A stretch of DNA of 24,000 bases, taken from NCBI GenBank assembly GCA_003554185.1, contig PWFU01000101.1, forward strand, positions 19,393-43,392, given 5' to 3'. Positions 16,976 through 24,000 of this stretch are shown piece after piece (positions within the stretch are counted from its first letter, which is position 1; every line of letters starts with the position of its first letter). The notes below the pieces were generated by a model. It was not told the origin of the DNA. It saw only the letters and a program-made list of their open reading frames with translations, and did not search any database. This DNA is from Candidatus Dojkabacteria bacterium (GTDB lineage: Bacteria > Patescibacteriota > Dojkabacteria > SC72 > T1SED10-24). A program made the position numbers and the translations under genes.

Positions 16976-17000
16976 CTCCGTTGTCATCAACGGAGTTTTT
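16976..17000 (+). terminator. Rho-independent terminator after hup
   Basis: An 8-bp stem ctccgttg / caacggag with loop tcat is followed directly by ttttt. Confidence 0.8.
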
Positions 17001-17056
17001 GTTGTGAATAAATTACCACTATCTTTGTCTGGTCTTTAATTTCCTAAAAGTATTTT

Positions 17057-17084
17057 TTGAAAAATTGAAGGATATTTGTATAAT
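17057..17084 (+). promoter_or_regulatory. Candidate sigma70-type promoter for the CAP-domain/membrane/kinase operon
   Basis: -35 ttgaaa (17057-17062), 16-nt spacer, perfect -10 tataat (17079-17084). It lies about 30 nt upstream of ATG 17118 and just downstream of the hup terminator. Confidence 0.45.
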
Positions 17085-17117
17085 GAAAATACTTTATTCA
17101 TTGATTATGTATAAAAA

Positions 17118-18470
17118 ATGTTAAAGAATCTATTTATACCTACTGCTGAAAATCAGTATACTCCATTCTTTTCTACCAAGGCAGCACTTGTTATATTGAC
17201 CTTATGGATCTTTGTTTTTAATGGTGCTACTTCTGCGATACTAGATAGTTATGAAGTTTATGCAGATACTCTTTCTTCTAATAGAATAATTGAATTAACA
17301 AATCGAGAGAGGCAGAAGAGAGGACTTGGTAGACTGGAGTCAAACGCATTATTGACTTCAGCAGCTTACGCTAAAGCAAACAATATGTTTAGAGAACAAT
17401 ATTGGGATCATTTTGGCCCTAATGATGAATCGCCCTGGCAATTTATAGAGGCTGCTGGATATGAATATTCATATGCTGGAGAAAATTTAGGTAAAGGTTT
17501 TTCTACTTCTGAAGGTTTGCATCAGGCTTGGATGGCTAGTCCTACGCACAAAAAGAATATTATCAGTGCAGATTATAGTGATATTGGTGTTGCAGTAGTA
17601 AGTGGGACACTACAAGGTGAGAATGTAATTTTAGTGGTTCAGATGTTTGGTAGACCAAAAGAAGAAAGTGTTGTTTTGGGGGAACCAGAAATAGAGGTAG
17701 GAGAGGCAGAACAGGGGGATATAAAGAGTATAAGAATACTTTATCCGGAACACGGTGAGATTTATAACAATCCTCGTTTACCTATAAAAGGTAAGGCATC
17801 CAATGTAGATGCCGGATCGGATGTAAGTATTATCAGTAGTAATATGGAAATAGGTGTAACCGAAGTTGATGAGAATTATTTATGGGAATATTATCACGAG
17901 CATGATTGGAGAGAAGGAGAGAATCAGATAGATGCCGCCATAGAGGAAGAGTCAGAATATCTTCGAGACACAGTATCTTTCTATGTTGATTCTGTACCAC
18001 CATCTCTTAAAGGTTTAACCATAGAAGAGGAGGAAGATGTATATATATTATATTTCAAGGTAGACTATTCTCCTGTAAAAGTGTCTCTTGGTAGTGGTGA
18101 AGAAATTATTACCAAGGATGCTGATGCTAAGAAGTTTGAAATGGAAATAGAAGAGGATAAGCTATCCAGAAGCGTGTTTTTAGTGTTGTCAGATAGAGCT
18201 GGTAATATAAATCAAGTTGATATAAGTCATTATTTTGCAGATGAGTATGAGGACGAGACCATTTTAACTTCCTTGGAGGGTGCTACAGTGCAAAGAGGTA
18301 TTATTTTATTTTTTGCTCTATGCGTTTTTATTATTTTAATGATTCAGGTATATTATTATAAGAAATTAGATATGTTACAAGAAAAAGAAAGCGAGTTTTT
18401 AACTGCGGGAGTTTGGTGGTTTATTCTATTATTTGGAACTTTTATTGGTTATTCGGGTTCAATTACTTAA
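17118..18470 (+). CDS. Membrane-anchored CAP/SCP (PR-1-like, YkwD-type) domain protein with an Ig-like middle region
   Basis: 450 aa with an N-terminal TM helix (AALVILTLWIFVF). The CAP domain spans about aa 55-178 (NRERQKRGL..L..N..L...A..KA..M....YWDH....ES....I...GY.Y.YAGENLG......E..H.AWM.SP.HKKNI....Y.DIGVAV). An acidic beta-rich region (DSVPPSL) follows, then two C-terminal TM helices. Confidence 0.75.
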   Translation: MLKNLFIPTAENQYTPFFSTKAALVILTLWIFVFNGATSAILDSYEVYADTLSSNRIIELTNRERQKRGLGRLESNALLTSAAYAKANNMFREQYWDHFGPNDESPWQFIEAAGYEYSYAGENLGKGFSTSEGLHQAWMASPTHKKNIISADYSDIGVAVVSGTLQGENVILVVQMFGRPKEESVVLGEPEIEVGEAEQGDIKSIRILYPEHGEIYNNPRLPIKGKASNVDAGSDVSIISSNMEIGVTEVDENYLWEYYHEHDWREGENQIDAAIEEESEYLRDTVSFYVDSVPPSLKGLTIEEEEDVYILYFKVDYSPVKVSLGSGEEIITKDADAKKFEMEIEEDKLSRSVFLVLSDRAGNINQVDISHYFADEYEDETILTSLEGATVQRGIILFFALCVFIILMIQVYYYKKLDMLQEKESEFLTAGVWWFILLFGTFIGYSGSIT

Positions 18471-18477
18471 AGTCTTT

Positions 18478-19275
18478 ATGATAAAAATACTAAAAAATTA
18501 TAAAAGAGAATTAGTAGTGGTATTGTTTTTATTTATTTTGTTGGTTGTTTTAATCTCTCCAGTTTTTATTTTTACTATAAAAAACTTTTTTATAATAGGC
18601 TTTTTAGGTTTGATATTACTTTTCTCGTGGTTTATCGCTATATATTTTCTCTATGCAAATAGAAAAGTTAGTAGATATGGAGAGCTACTCATAAGGGTTA
18701 GGTTGGTTGAAAAATTATTCAATTTTTTTGTTCTTCCAACGCTGTTTTATATCTTTGTTATTTGTGCGATATTTTTTATTACTTCAGTATATCTAAACTT
18801 ATTTATAATAGCTTCATTTTCAATAATTCTTTTTGTATTACTTGTACATATACGTTCTTCTTATCAAAAGGTTTTTTATTTATCCTCTTTGACAAAAGTT
18901 GTATATGATGCCGTCTTAATTATGATTTTCTTTTTAGGTGTTTTTGTCGCAAATAGCTTAGGCTTATCAAATTTAAACTTAATTTTATTATCAGTGATTC
19001 TTTCTTTATTTTTACTGGGTTATAAACTTATAATAGAAGGACAAATAAATTGGAGTGGTTTTGGCTTATTATTGACTTCTACATTATTGATTTCTTTGGT
19101 TACTTTTTTTACAAGAGAGTTCAATCTCTTTGTAGTTACAGCGGTAAATACATTAATTTTCTATCTGATAGTTGCTATGTGGAGTATTCGTTTACGTGGT
19201 TATACAGAATGGAAAGACTATTCTAATCCTATGTTATATACTCTGATGGGTTTAATTTTAATTTTTAGCTTATGA
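18478..19275 (+). CDS. Hypothetical polytopic membrane protein (about 8 predicted TM helices)
   Basis: 265 aa from ATG 18478; the ORF-track start at 18433 overlaps the upstream gene. Highly hydrophobic (F/L/I-rich) with no recognisable motif. Its stop overlaps the next start (ATGA at 19272-19275). Confidence 0.65.
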   Translation: MIKILKNYKRELVVVLFLFILLVVLISPVFIFTIKNFFIIGFLGLILLFSWFIAIYFLYANRKVSRYGELLIRVRLVEKLFNFFVLPTLFYIFVICAIFFITSVYLNLFIIASFSIILFVLLVHIRSSYQKVFYLSSLTKVVYDAVLIMIFFLGVFVANSLGLSNLNLILLSVILSLFLLGYKLIIEGQINWSGFGLLLTSTLLISLVTFFTREFNLFVVTAVNTLIFYLIVAMWSIRLRGYTEWKDYSNPMLYTLMGLILIFSL

Positions 19276-19964
19276 ATACTATTTTAATAAAAATTGGAGG
19301 TTCGTTGTTATATAATGATAAACTTGCGTTTAATTTTGATGTTATAAAGAAGTTTACAAATTGGTTTAAAAACCAAGAGCATTACAATTCGTGTATTTTT
19401 GTAGTAGGAGGTGGGAAGCTTAGTAGATTTATCACAGATCAAGCGAAATCTGAAATGCAGGAAGATCATTTAAGGCATAGAATTGGTTTGAAAGTTACTC
19501 AAGTTAATTCTGCATTAGTCCACGGTTTGTTTGGGGAGAAAGAAAGTAGGTATTTCGAAAATATGGAAGATTTGTTAAGTGCTTTTAAAGAAAATCAACC
19601 CAAGATATCAATTATTGGGGGAACAAGAATTGGTGGTAGTACTGATACGACTGCTGCGGAAATTGCTTCTAACCTAGGTATAAGTTTCATATACAAAGTA
19701 TCAAATATCGATTATATATACACGAATGATCCAACCTTGGATGCTAACGCCAAACCTTATGAAAAACTGTCTTGGGAACAGTATATTAAATTATTTGAAG
19801 AAAAATTTTCCCAAGGACATAAACCTGGTATGAATATTCCGGTGGATTTTAAGTGTGCCTCATTTGCTCAAGAAAATGGATTGTGTTTTAGGGTATGTGG
19901 TGGTATAGATCTAGACAAGAAAGAATTTGGAGAAGTTTTAAACAGAGGTACCGTGATAGAGTAA
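19272..19964 (+). CDS. pyrH: Amino-acid-kinase fold protein, archaeal-type UMP kinase-like
   Basis: 230 aa, collinear with the ~225-aa archaeal UMP kinases: IKIGGSLL, VVGGGKLSR (archaeal VVGGGKLAR), IIGGTRIGGSTDTTAAEIAS (archaeal GGTHPGHTTDAVAALLAE), VSNIDYIYTNDPTLDANAK (archaeal TNVDGVYTADPKKDPTAK). It lacks the longer bacterial PyrH architecture. Confidence 0.65.
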   Translation: MNTILIKIGGSLLYNDKLAFNFDVIKKFTNWFKNQEHYNSCIFVVGGGKLSRFITDQAKSEMQEDHLRHRIGLKVTQVNSALVHGLFGEKESRYFENMEDLLSAFKENQPKISIIGGTRIGGSTDTTAAEIASNLGISFIYKVSNIDYIYTNDPTLDANAKPYEKLSWEQYIKLFEEKFSQGHKPGMNIPVDFKCASFAQENGLCFRVCGGIDLDKKEFGEVLNRGTVIE

Positions 19965-20456
19965 TTACTTCACCTCTTTTATAGTGTATTCCTTTTTTCC
20001 ACTGGGTGTATCAATTTCTACAGTATCTCCTTCTTTTTTACCAATAAGTTCTTTACCCATAGGAGAAGTGTTTGAAATTTTATTATTCATCGGATCTCCT
20101 TCTGTTTCCCCCACGATTTTAATAATTTTTTCTTTACCCTGTTTATCCTTGAGCTTTACTTCTTTCCCAACATCTATTGTTTTCGAGCCTTTCTTTACTT
20201 TAATAACTTCAGCATTTTTAATAATGTCCACCAGTTCACTTATTCTGGCTTCGTTAGCTAGATTCTCTTCTAAAGCAATACTGTATGCATCATTCTCACT
20301 AAGGTCTCCTTTTTCAGTAGCAGAATTAAGGAGGTTACTGATTTCCTTCTTTTTAACACTTCTGCGGTATTCAAGCTCTTTTTTGAGTTCTTCGAATCCC
20401 TCAGGTGTTAATTGTTTTTTCTCTTGCTTCGACATAGGAGGCAGATGATACTCCAT
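19965..20456 (-). CDS. greA: Transcription elongation factor GreA
   Basis: 163 aa in the maximal ORF. LTPEGFEELKKELEYRR...EKGDLSENDAYSIA is the GreA coiled coil, followed by a C-terminal FKBP-like domain. Promoter geometry suggests the true start is the ATG at 20435 (MSKQEKKQLT, 156 aa). Confidence 0.88.
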   Translation of the reverse strand: MEYHLPPMSKQEKKQLTPEGFEELKKELEYRRSVKKKEISNLLNSATEKGDLSENDAYSIALEENLANEARISELVDIIKNAEVIKVKKGSKTIDVGKEVKLKDKQGKEKIIKIVGETEGDPMNNKISNTSPMGKELIGKKEGDTVEIDTPSGKKEYTIKEVK

Positions 20457-20473
20457 CTTGGTAAGTATGTCAA
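20445..20473 (-). promoter_or_regulatory. Candidate greA promoter (perfect -35)
   Basis: On the minus strand: TTGACA (20473-20468), 17-nt spacer, TATCAT (20450-20445). The predicted TSS near 20438 is only about 3 nt upstream of the ATG at 20435. Confidence 0.45.
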
Positions 20474-20486
20474 TTTATGTTAAAAT
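20458..20486 (+). promoter_or_regulatory. Candidate tRNA-Glu/trmD promoter (extended -10)
   Basis: -35 ttggta (20458-20463), 17-nt spacer ending in TGt (20478-20480), -10 taaaat (20481-20486). This is about 24 nt upstream of the tRNA 5' end and interdigitates with the divergent greA promoter. Confidence 0.4.
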
Positions 20487-20509
20487 TTATCAGGTTTTAT
20501 GCTTATGAA

Positions 20510-20581
20510 GCCGCCATCGTCTAGTGGTTAGGACATATGATTCTCAATCATAAAACCTGGGTTCGATCCCCAGTGGCGGTA
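20510..20581 (+). tRNA. tRNA-Glu (anticodon CUC)
   Basis: Manual cloverleaf. Acceptor gccgcca/tggcggt (G1-U72 wobble), D arm gtct-agtggtta-ggac, anticodon arm tatga-ttCTCaa-tcata. The variable loop is 4 nt (aaac), the T arm is ctggg-ttcgatc-cccag, and the discriminator is A. CCA is not encoded. Confidence 0.9.
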
Positions 20582-20601
20582 TTTTGTTTTTGCTTTAGAT
20601 C

Positions 20602-21279
20602 ATGGTTCAATTTGACATAATTACAATTTTTCCAAATAGTGTAAATAGCTTTTTGCAAGAGGGGATTTTTCGCATTGCTAAAGAAAAAGGGTTGGTTAAA
20701 GCTAGGGTTTTTGATTTAAGAAGGTGGTCAAATGATAAGCATAAAAGTGTTGATGATCGTCCATATGGAGGTGGTCCAGGAATGATAATGAAAATCGAAC
20801 CTATAGATAAGGCAATAAAGGATTTACGTAAAAAAGATACAAAAGTTATTATTACAACCCCTAGAGGAGAAAAACTTGATCAAAAAAAGATAAAAAAGTT
20901 TGTAAATAAATCTGAGGTAGGTCATTATATAATTATTGCAGGGCATTATGAGGGAGTAGATGAACGGGTTTACGAAAGCTTGGTTGATTATGAAATATCT
21001 ATTGGTGATTATATACTCTCTGGTGGTGAACTTCCTGCTTTAGTTTTTGTAGATGCATATACTAGACTAATACCTGGGGTTTTAGGGAATGAAGAATCTG
21101 ATAAGGAAGAATCTTTTGAAAACGGTATGTTAGAATATCCACACTATACTAGACCAGAAGTTTATGATGATATGGAAGTACCAGATATCCTTTTGAGTGG
21201 GAATCATGAGGAAATAAAAAAGTGGCGTGAGAAAAAAGCGAAGGAGATAACTGAAGAAAAGCGCCCAGATTTAATTTAA
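20602..21279 (+). CDS. trmD: tRNA (guanine37-N1)-methyltransferase
   Basis: 225 aa, FDIITIFPN, DDRPYGGGPGMIM, IAGHYEGVDERV, ISIGDYILSGGELPALV and EYPHYTRP. SPOUT TrmD signature. Confidence 0.92.
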   Translation: MVQFDIITIFPNSVNSFLQEGIFRIAKEKGLVKARVFDLRRWSNDKHKSVDDRPYGGGPGMIMKIEPIDKAIKDLRKKDTKVIITTPRGEKLDQKKIKKFVNKSEVGHYIIIAGHYEGVDERVYESLVDYEISIGDYILSGGELPALVFVDAYTRLIPGVLGNEESDKEESFENGMLEYPHYTRPEVYDDMEVPDILLSGNHEEIKKWREKKAKEITEEKRPDLI

Positions 21280-21302
21280 TACATCTAAGGATTTAAGCCT
21301 TT

Positions 21303-21599
21303 ATGAAATCTATTAAAAATCTGGTGGATAAAGATGGAAAAGATTTTCAAGATCGACATAAGTATGTTACTAAAGAATTTCAAGATTATGGTTATAGATT
21401 GGCTTTAAAGCTTGGAGAATTAAAATCTGTAAGTTTGTATATTAAACTTGCGAAAGAAAAACCTAGGCATCTCCTTGAACAGGCATATTCTTTTGCTATA
21501 GATTATCCTAATGCAAAGAATAGGGGAAGGCTTTTTATGTGGAAATTAAAGGAGTTAGAGAAGGAAGAAGCTCAAAAAAGCAAAAAGGATTCTAAATAA
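21303..21599 (+). CDS. Hypothetical small helical protein
   Basis: 98-aa ORF with the same coding look (K/E-rich, AT-rich codons) as its neighbours. No motif I can assign. The C-terminal NAKNRGRLFMWKLKEL resembles tails of small wHTH or DnaD-like helical domains, but this is weak. Confidence 0.55.
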   Translation: MKSIKNLVDKDGKDFQDRHKYVTKEFQDYGYRLALKLGELKSVSLYIKLAKEKPRHLLEQAYSFAIDYPNAKNRGRLFMWKLKELEKEEAQKSKKDSK

Positions 21600-21655
21600 T
21601 TGATATCTTAATTGAAAAGTATTAGAATCCTTCAACTAATTTTGACTATCTTTTT

Positions 21656-22930
21656 ATGTTAGATATTCAATTTATTCGTGAAAACAAGAAGTTAGTTAAG
21701 GAGGCAGCTCAAAACAAAGGTGTGCCCGATAGGGTTGATGAACTTTTAAAGGTAGATGAAAAAAGGAGAGATTTAATCCAAAAGGTGCAGGATTTGCGTA
21801 CAGAAAGAAATCAACTAAATCAAGGTTCTAAGGGGGATGTTACTCAAGAGATTATAGAAAAGGGAAAGAAGTTGAAAGAAGAAATTTCTTCTTTGGAAAA
21901 TGAACTTTCTGAGATTGAAGAAAAGTATAATTCTTTAATGTTGCAAATTCCCAATGTACCTTCAAAAGATGTTCCTGTAGGTGATTCAGAGGAGGATAAT
22001 AAAGAGGTTACTCAATGGGGTAAAAAACCAGAGTTTGATTTTGAATACAAAAGTCATTTTGAACTAGCAAAGGATTTAGATATTGTAGATTTTGATCGTG
22101 GTACAAAGGTTGCTGGTTTTCGTGGGTATTTTTTAAAGGGTGATGGTGCTCTTTTGCATCTGGGAATTATGAATTTTGCTTTAAGGAAATTGATAGAAAA
22201 GGGTTTTACTCCAATGGTTCCTCCAATTATTCTTAATGAAAGACCATTTATTAACAGCTCTCATTTTCCTTGGGGAAAGGTTGATGTGTATAAAACTTTT
22301 GATGATCAAGAAGAACAGGATGAGCGTTTTCTTGCAGGGACTGCAGAAGTTCCGCTAGTTTCTTACCATATGGATGAGGTGCTAGATGAGGAGGAGCTCC
22401 CAAAATTGTATGCAGGTTACTCTCCTTGCTATCGTCGTGAAATAGGGAGTTACGGAAAAGATACACAAGGCATGTTTCGTATTCATGAGTTTATGAAAGT
22501 TGAACAGGTAGTTGTTTGCAAAAATGATATGAAAGAATCTGAGAAGTGGTTGGAAAATTTAAGAAATTATTCAGAAGAAATGCTTCAAGATTTAGGTTTG
22601 CACTATCGTGTAATGCTTATGTGTACTGGTGATATGGGTGAACCACAAGTAAAAAAATATGATATTGAAACTTGGATGCCTGGGAGACAAGATTATGGAG
22701 AGACTATGTCAGATTCAATTGTAGGAGATTTTCAAAGTCGTAGAGCTAATATCCGTTACAAAACAAAAGAAGGTAATATGGAATATGTTCATTTACTAAA
22801 TAATACTGCTATAGCTAGTCCTAGAATACTCATAGCTATATTAGAGAGTTACCAACAAAAGGATGGTTCTGTTATTGTTCCAGAAGTCTTAAGAGACTAT
22901 GTTGGTAAGGATGTTATTACTCCAAAATAG
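21656..22930 (+). CDS. serS: Serine--tRNA ligase
   Basis: 424 aa with an N-terminal coiled-coil tRNA-binding arm and class II core motifs (FLAGTAEVPL, CYRREIGSYGKDTQGMFRIHEF.KVE, NNTAIASPRILIAILE). Confidence 0.93.
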   Translation: MLDIQFIRENKKLVKEAAQNKGVPDRVDELLKVDEKRRDLIQKVQDLRTERNQLNQGSKGDVTQEIIEKGKKLKEEISSLENELSEIEEKYNSLMLQIPNVPSKDVPVGDSEEDNKEVTQWGKKPEFDFEYKSHFELAKDLDIVDFDRGTKVAGFRGYFLKGDGALLHLGIMNFALRKLIEKGFTPMVPPIILNERPFINSSHFPWGKVDVYKTFDDQEEQDERFLAGTAEVPLVSYHMDEVLDEEELPKLYAGYSPCYRREIGSYGKDTQGMFRIHEFMKVEQVVVCKNDMKESEKWLENLRNYSEEMLQDLGLHYRVMLMCTGDMGEPQVKKYDIETWMPGRQDYGETMSDSIVGDFQSRRANIRYKTKEGNMEYVHLLNNTAIASPRILIAILESYQQKDGSVIVPEVLRDYVGKDVITPK

Positions 22931-23045
22931 TTAGCTATTCTCTGGTAGATAAAAAATTAGAATTCCCAAAGAAATTTTCTTGTCCCTTTATATTTGATTT
23001 GATAATATGAAGTAATTAAAAATTTTTATCATAGAACCCAAGCAC

Positions 23046-23600
23046 ATGATTGAAACAGATGAAGAAATAGAGAAAAGATATAGTGAAGAGGATGCTGGGG
23101 ATAAAGTAGGGAAAGTACGAAATATTACTAATGAAAAAGAAAAATCTAATCCTCAGGCACATAATGTTGAAAAATCGAGAGCAGGGATCTATTCTGGCGA
23201 CGATACAGAAAATGATTTAGAACAAGAAAAAAAAGATAGAAAAAGAAAAGTTTGGGATGAAATTATAAAAGTCGCGAGAGAGAGTGCAGAAGGGGAAAGG
23301 GGGCATATTTCAGCCGATGTTCCAAAAGCTATGTATTCAGCAGTTCTTGCTTCAGGGTTATTTTTAGCTAATGGAGCGATGTCTCTTAAGCGAAAGTCGT
23401 TAGCAAGAGAATCTGAGAAATTTTTAGAAAAGCGTCCTGATGAATGGGCAGATGAAATGAACATGAGGGGAGTTTGGGATTATCTAAGTAGGGTGGCTGA
23501 GAATACAGAAGATACAGAAAAGATGGAAAAATTCGTTAAAGAGTATGGGGATTATTGCTCTCCTCTGTATTGCTACAATCATTCGAAGAGAATTTTTTGA
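23046..23600 (+). CDS. Hypothetical protein (acidic N-terminus, one hydrophobic segment)
   Basis: 184-aa ORF with no recognisable domain. Possible TM or amphipathic segment at AMYSAVLASGLFLANGAMSL. The 3' end overlaps the convergent ORF by 22 nt. Confidence 0.5.
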   Translation: MIETDEEIEKRYSEEDAGDKVGKVRNITNEKEKSNPQAHNVEKSRAGIYSGDDTENDLEQEKKDRKRKVWDEIIKVARESAEGERGHISADVPKAMYSAVLASGLFLANGAMSLKRKSLARESEKFLEKRPDEWADEMNMRGVWDYLSRVAENTEDTEKMEKFVKEYGDYCSPLYCYNHSKRIF

Positions 23601-24000
23601 ACCTCCCTCATCTCGTCTGTTCTTTTTACAACTCCCTTCTCTTTCATATTATCCTCAATCAATTCCTCTTCTACTCCGATATCGTAAGCTATTGGGGCAT
23701 ATTTTTTAAAGAATCTGTCAATCATATTCGCTCTTTCTTCGTTATCTGCTTTGTACATTGTATCATCAATCATAAGATATGATCTCTTGTGATCTTCTTC
23801 ATGGGAAGAAGTCTGTAGAGAAAGCCTAGTTGTGCCATAATGGCGTTTGACTTTTGCATATTTCTCATCAATATAATGTTTACCACTATAATGTTTACCA
23901 ATACCCTCATAATCCAAATCACCGAAATAACGTCCTTTTATTCTGTGACCGTCTAGAATACCTTCGATATCTATACAATTTTCATCAAAGTCTCGTTCGG
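23579..24000 (-). CDS. Hypothetical protein, 3' portion (ORF open to the window edge)
   Basis: The minus-strand frame has no stop from 24000 down to TGA at 23581-23579. The ORF-track 'M' at 23917 is a TTG inside a longer open frame (upstream translation ...ERDFDENCIDIEGILDGHRIKGRYFGD-LDYEG...). No domain recognised. Confidence 0.5.
   Translation of the reverse strand, partial: ERDFDENCIDIEGILDGHRIKGRYFGDLDYEGIGKHYSGKHYIDEKYAKVKRHYGTTRLSLQTSSHEEDHKRSYLMIDDTMYKADNEERANMIDRFFKKYAPIAYDIGVEEELIEDNMKEKGVVKRTDEMREVQKILFE

Noticed and set aside
19984-20448. 154-aa + strand ORF
   Set aside because: It is antisense to greA. The S/F/L-rich low-complexity translation mirrors the K/E-rich greA coiled coil.
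23789-23803. HEEDH (HExxH-like) motif in the right-edge minus-strand ORF, a possible zinc metalloprotease
   Set aside because: The motif sits in a charged, hydrophilic context (SSHEEDHKRS), unlike zincin helices. There is no downstream third ligand motif I can recognise, and HExxH occurs often by chance.
1-24000. Alternative genetic code (UGA recoding, as in some CPR-related lineages)
   Set aside because: All conserved proteins are full length under code 11, and secY plus the two right-edge ORFs terminate at TGA at the expected protein ends.
1-24000. CRISPR arrays, IS elements, integrases, prophage or tandem repeats
   Set aside because: I saw no spaced direct repeats, terminal inverted repeats or transposase/integrase-like ORFs. 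The only repetitive tracts are the purine-rich low-complexity coding regions (rpsE tail, rplQ tail, rny coiled coil).

Overview
AT-rich, very gene-dense bacterial core-genome segment. Tiny or negative intergenic spacers, no L30 gene, an archaeal-type UMP kinase and mostly Shine-Dalgarno-free starts suggest a small-genome CPR/Patescibacteria-like organism; this is inference, not a database result. Standard code 11 fits, since all housekeeping ORFs are full length and secY ends in TGA. Left to right on the + strand: rplR (3' end), rpsE, rplO, secY, adk, infA, rpmJ (missing from the ORF track), rpsM, rpsK, rpsD, rpoA, rplQ, rplM, rpsI, a small cysteine-less HNH-like ORF, a divergent metK and RNase P RNA (rnpB). 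fmt follows on the - strand. The + strand then carries galE, a compact tgt, glyQS, a 347-nt spacer, rny, ymdB-like and hup with a clear intrinsic terminator. Next is a three-gene unit: a CAP/SCP-domain surface protein, a polytopic membrane protein and an archaeal-type UMP kinase. After that come greA (- strand), tRNA-Glu(CUC), trmD, a 98-aa unknown, serS, and two convergent overlapping unknown ORFs at the right edge. I found no CRISPR array, IS/transposase, integrase, toxin-antitoxin pair or recognisable defence or secretion locus, and I cannot support a multi-gene novel system here. The best leads are the zinc-less HNH-like ORF inside the ribosomal/metK block, the MetK and Tgt homologues with substituted active-site motifs, the CAP/membrane/archaeal-UMPK operon, rnpB overlapping fmt antisense, leaderless-type promoter geometry at greA and metK, and the uncharacterised ORFs after serS.
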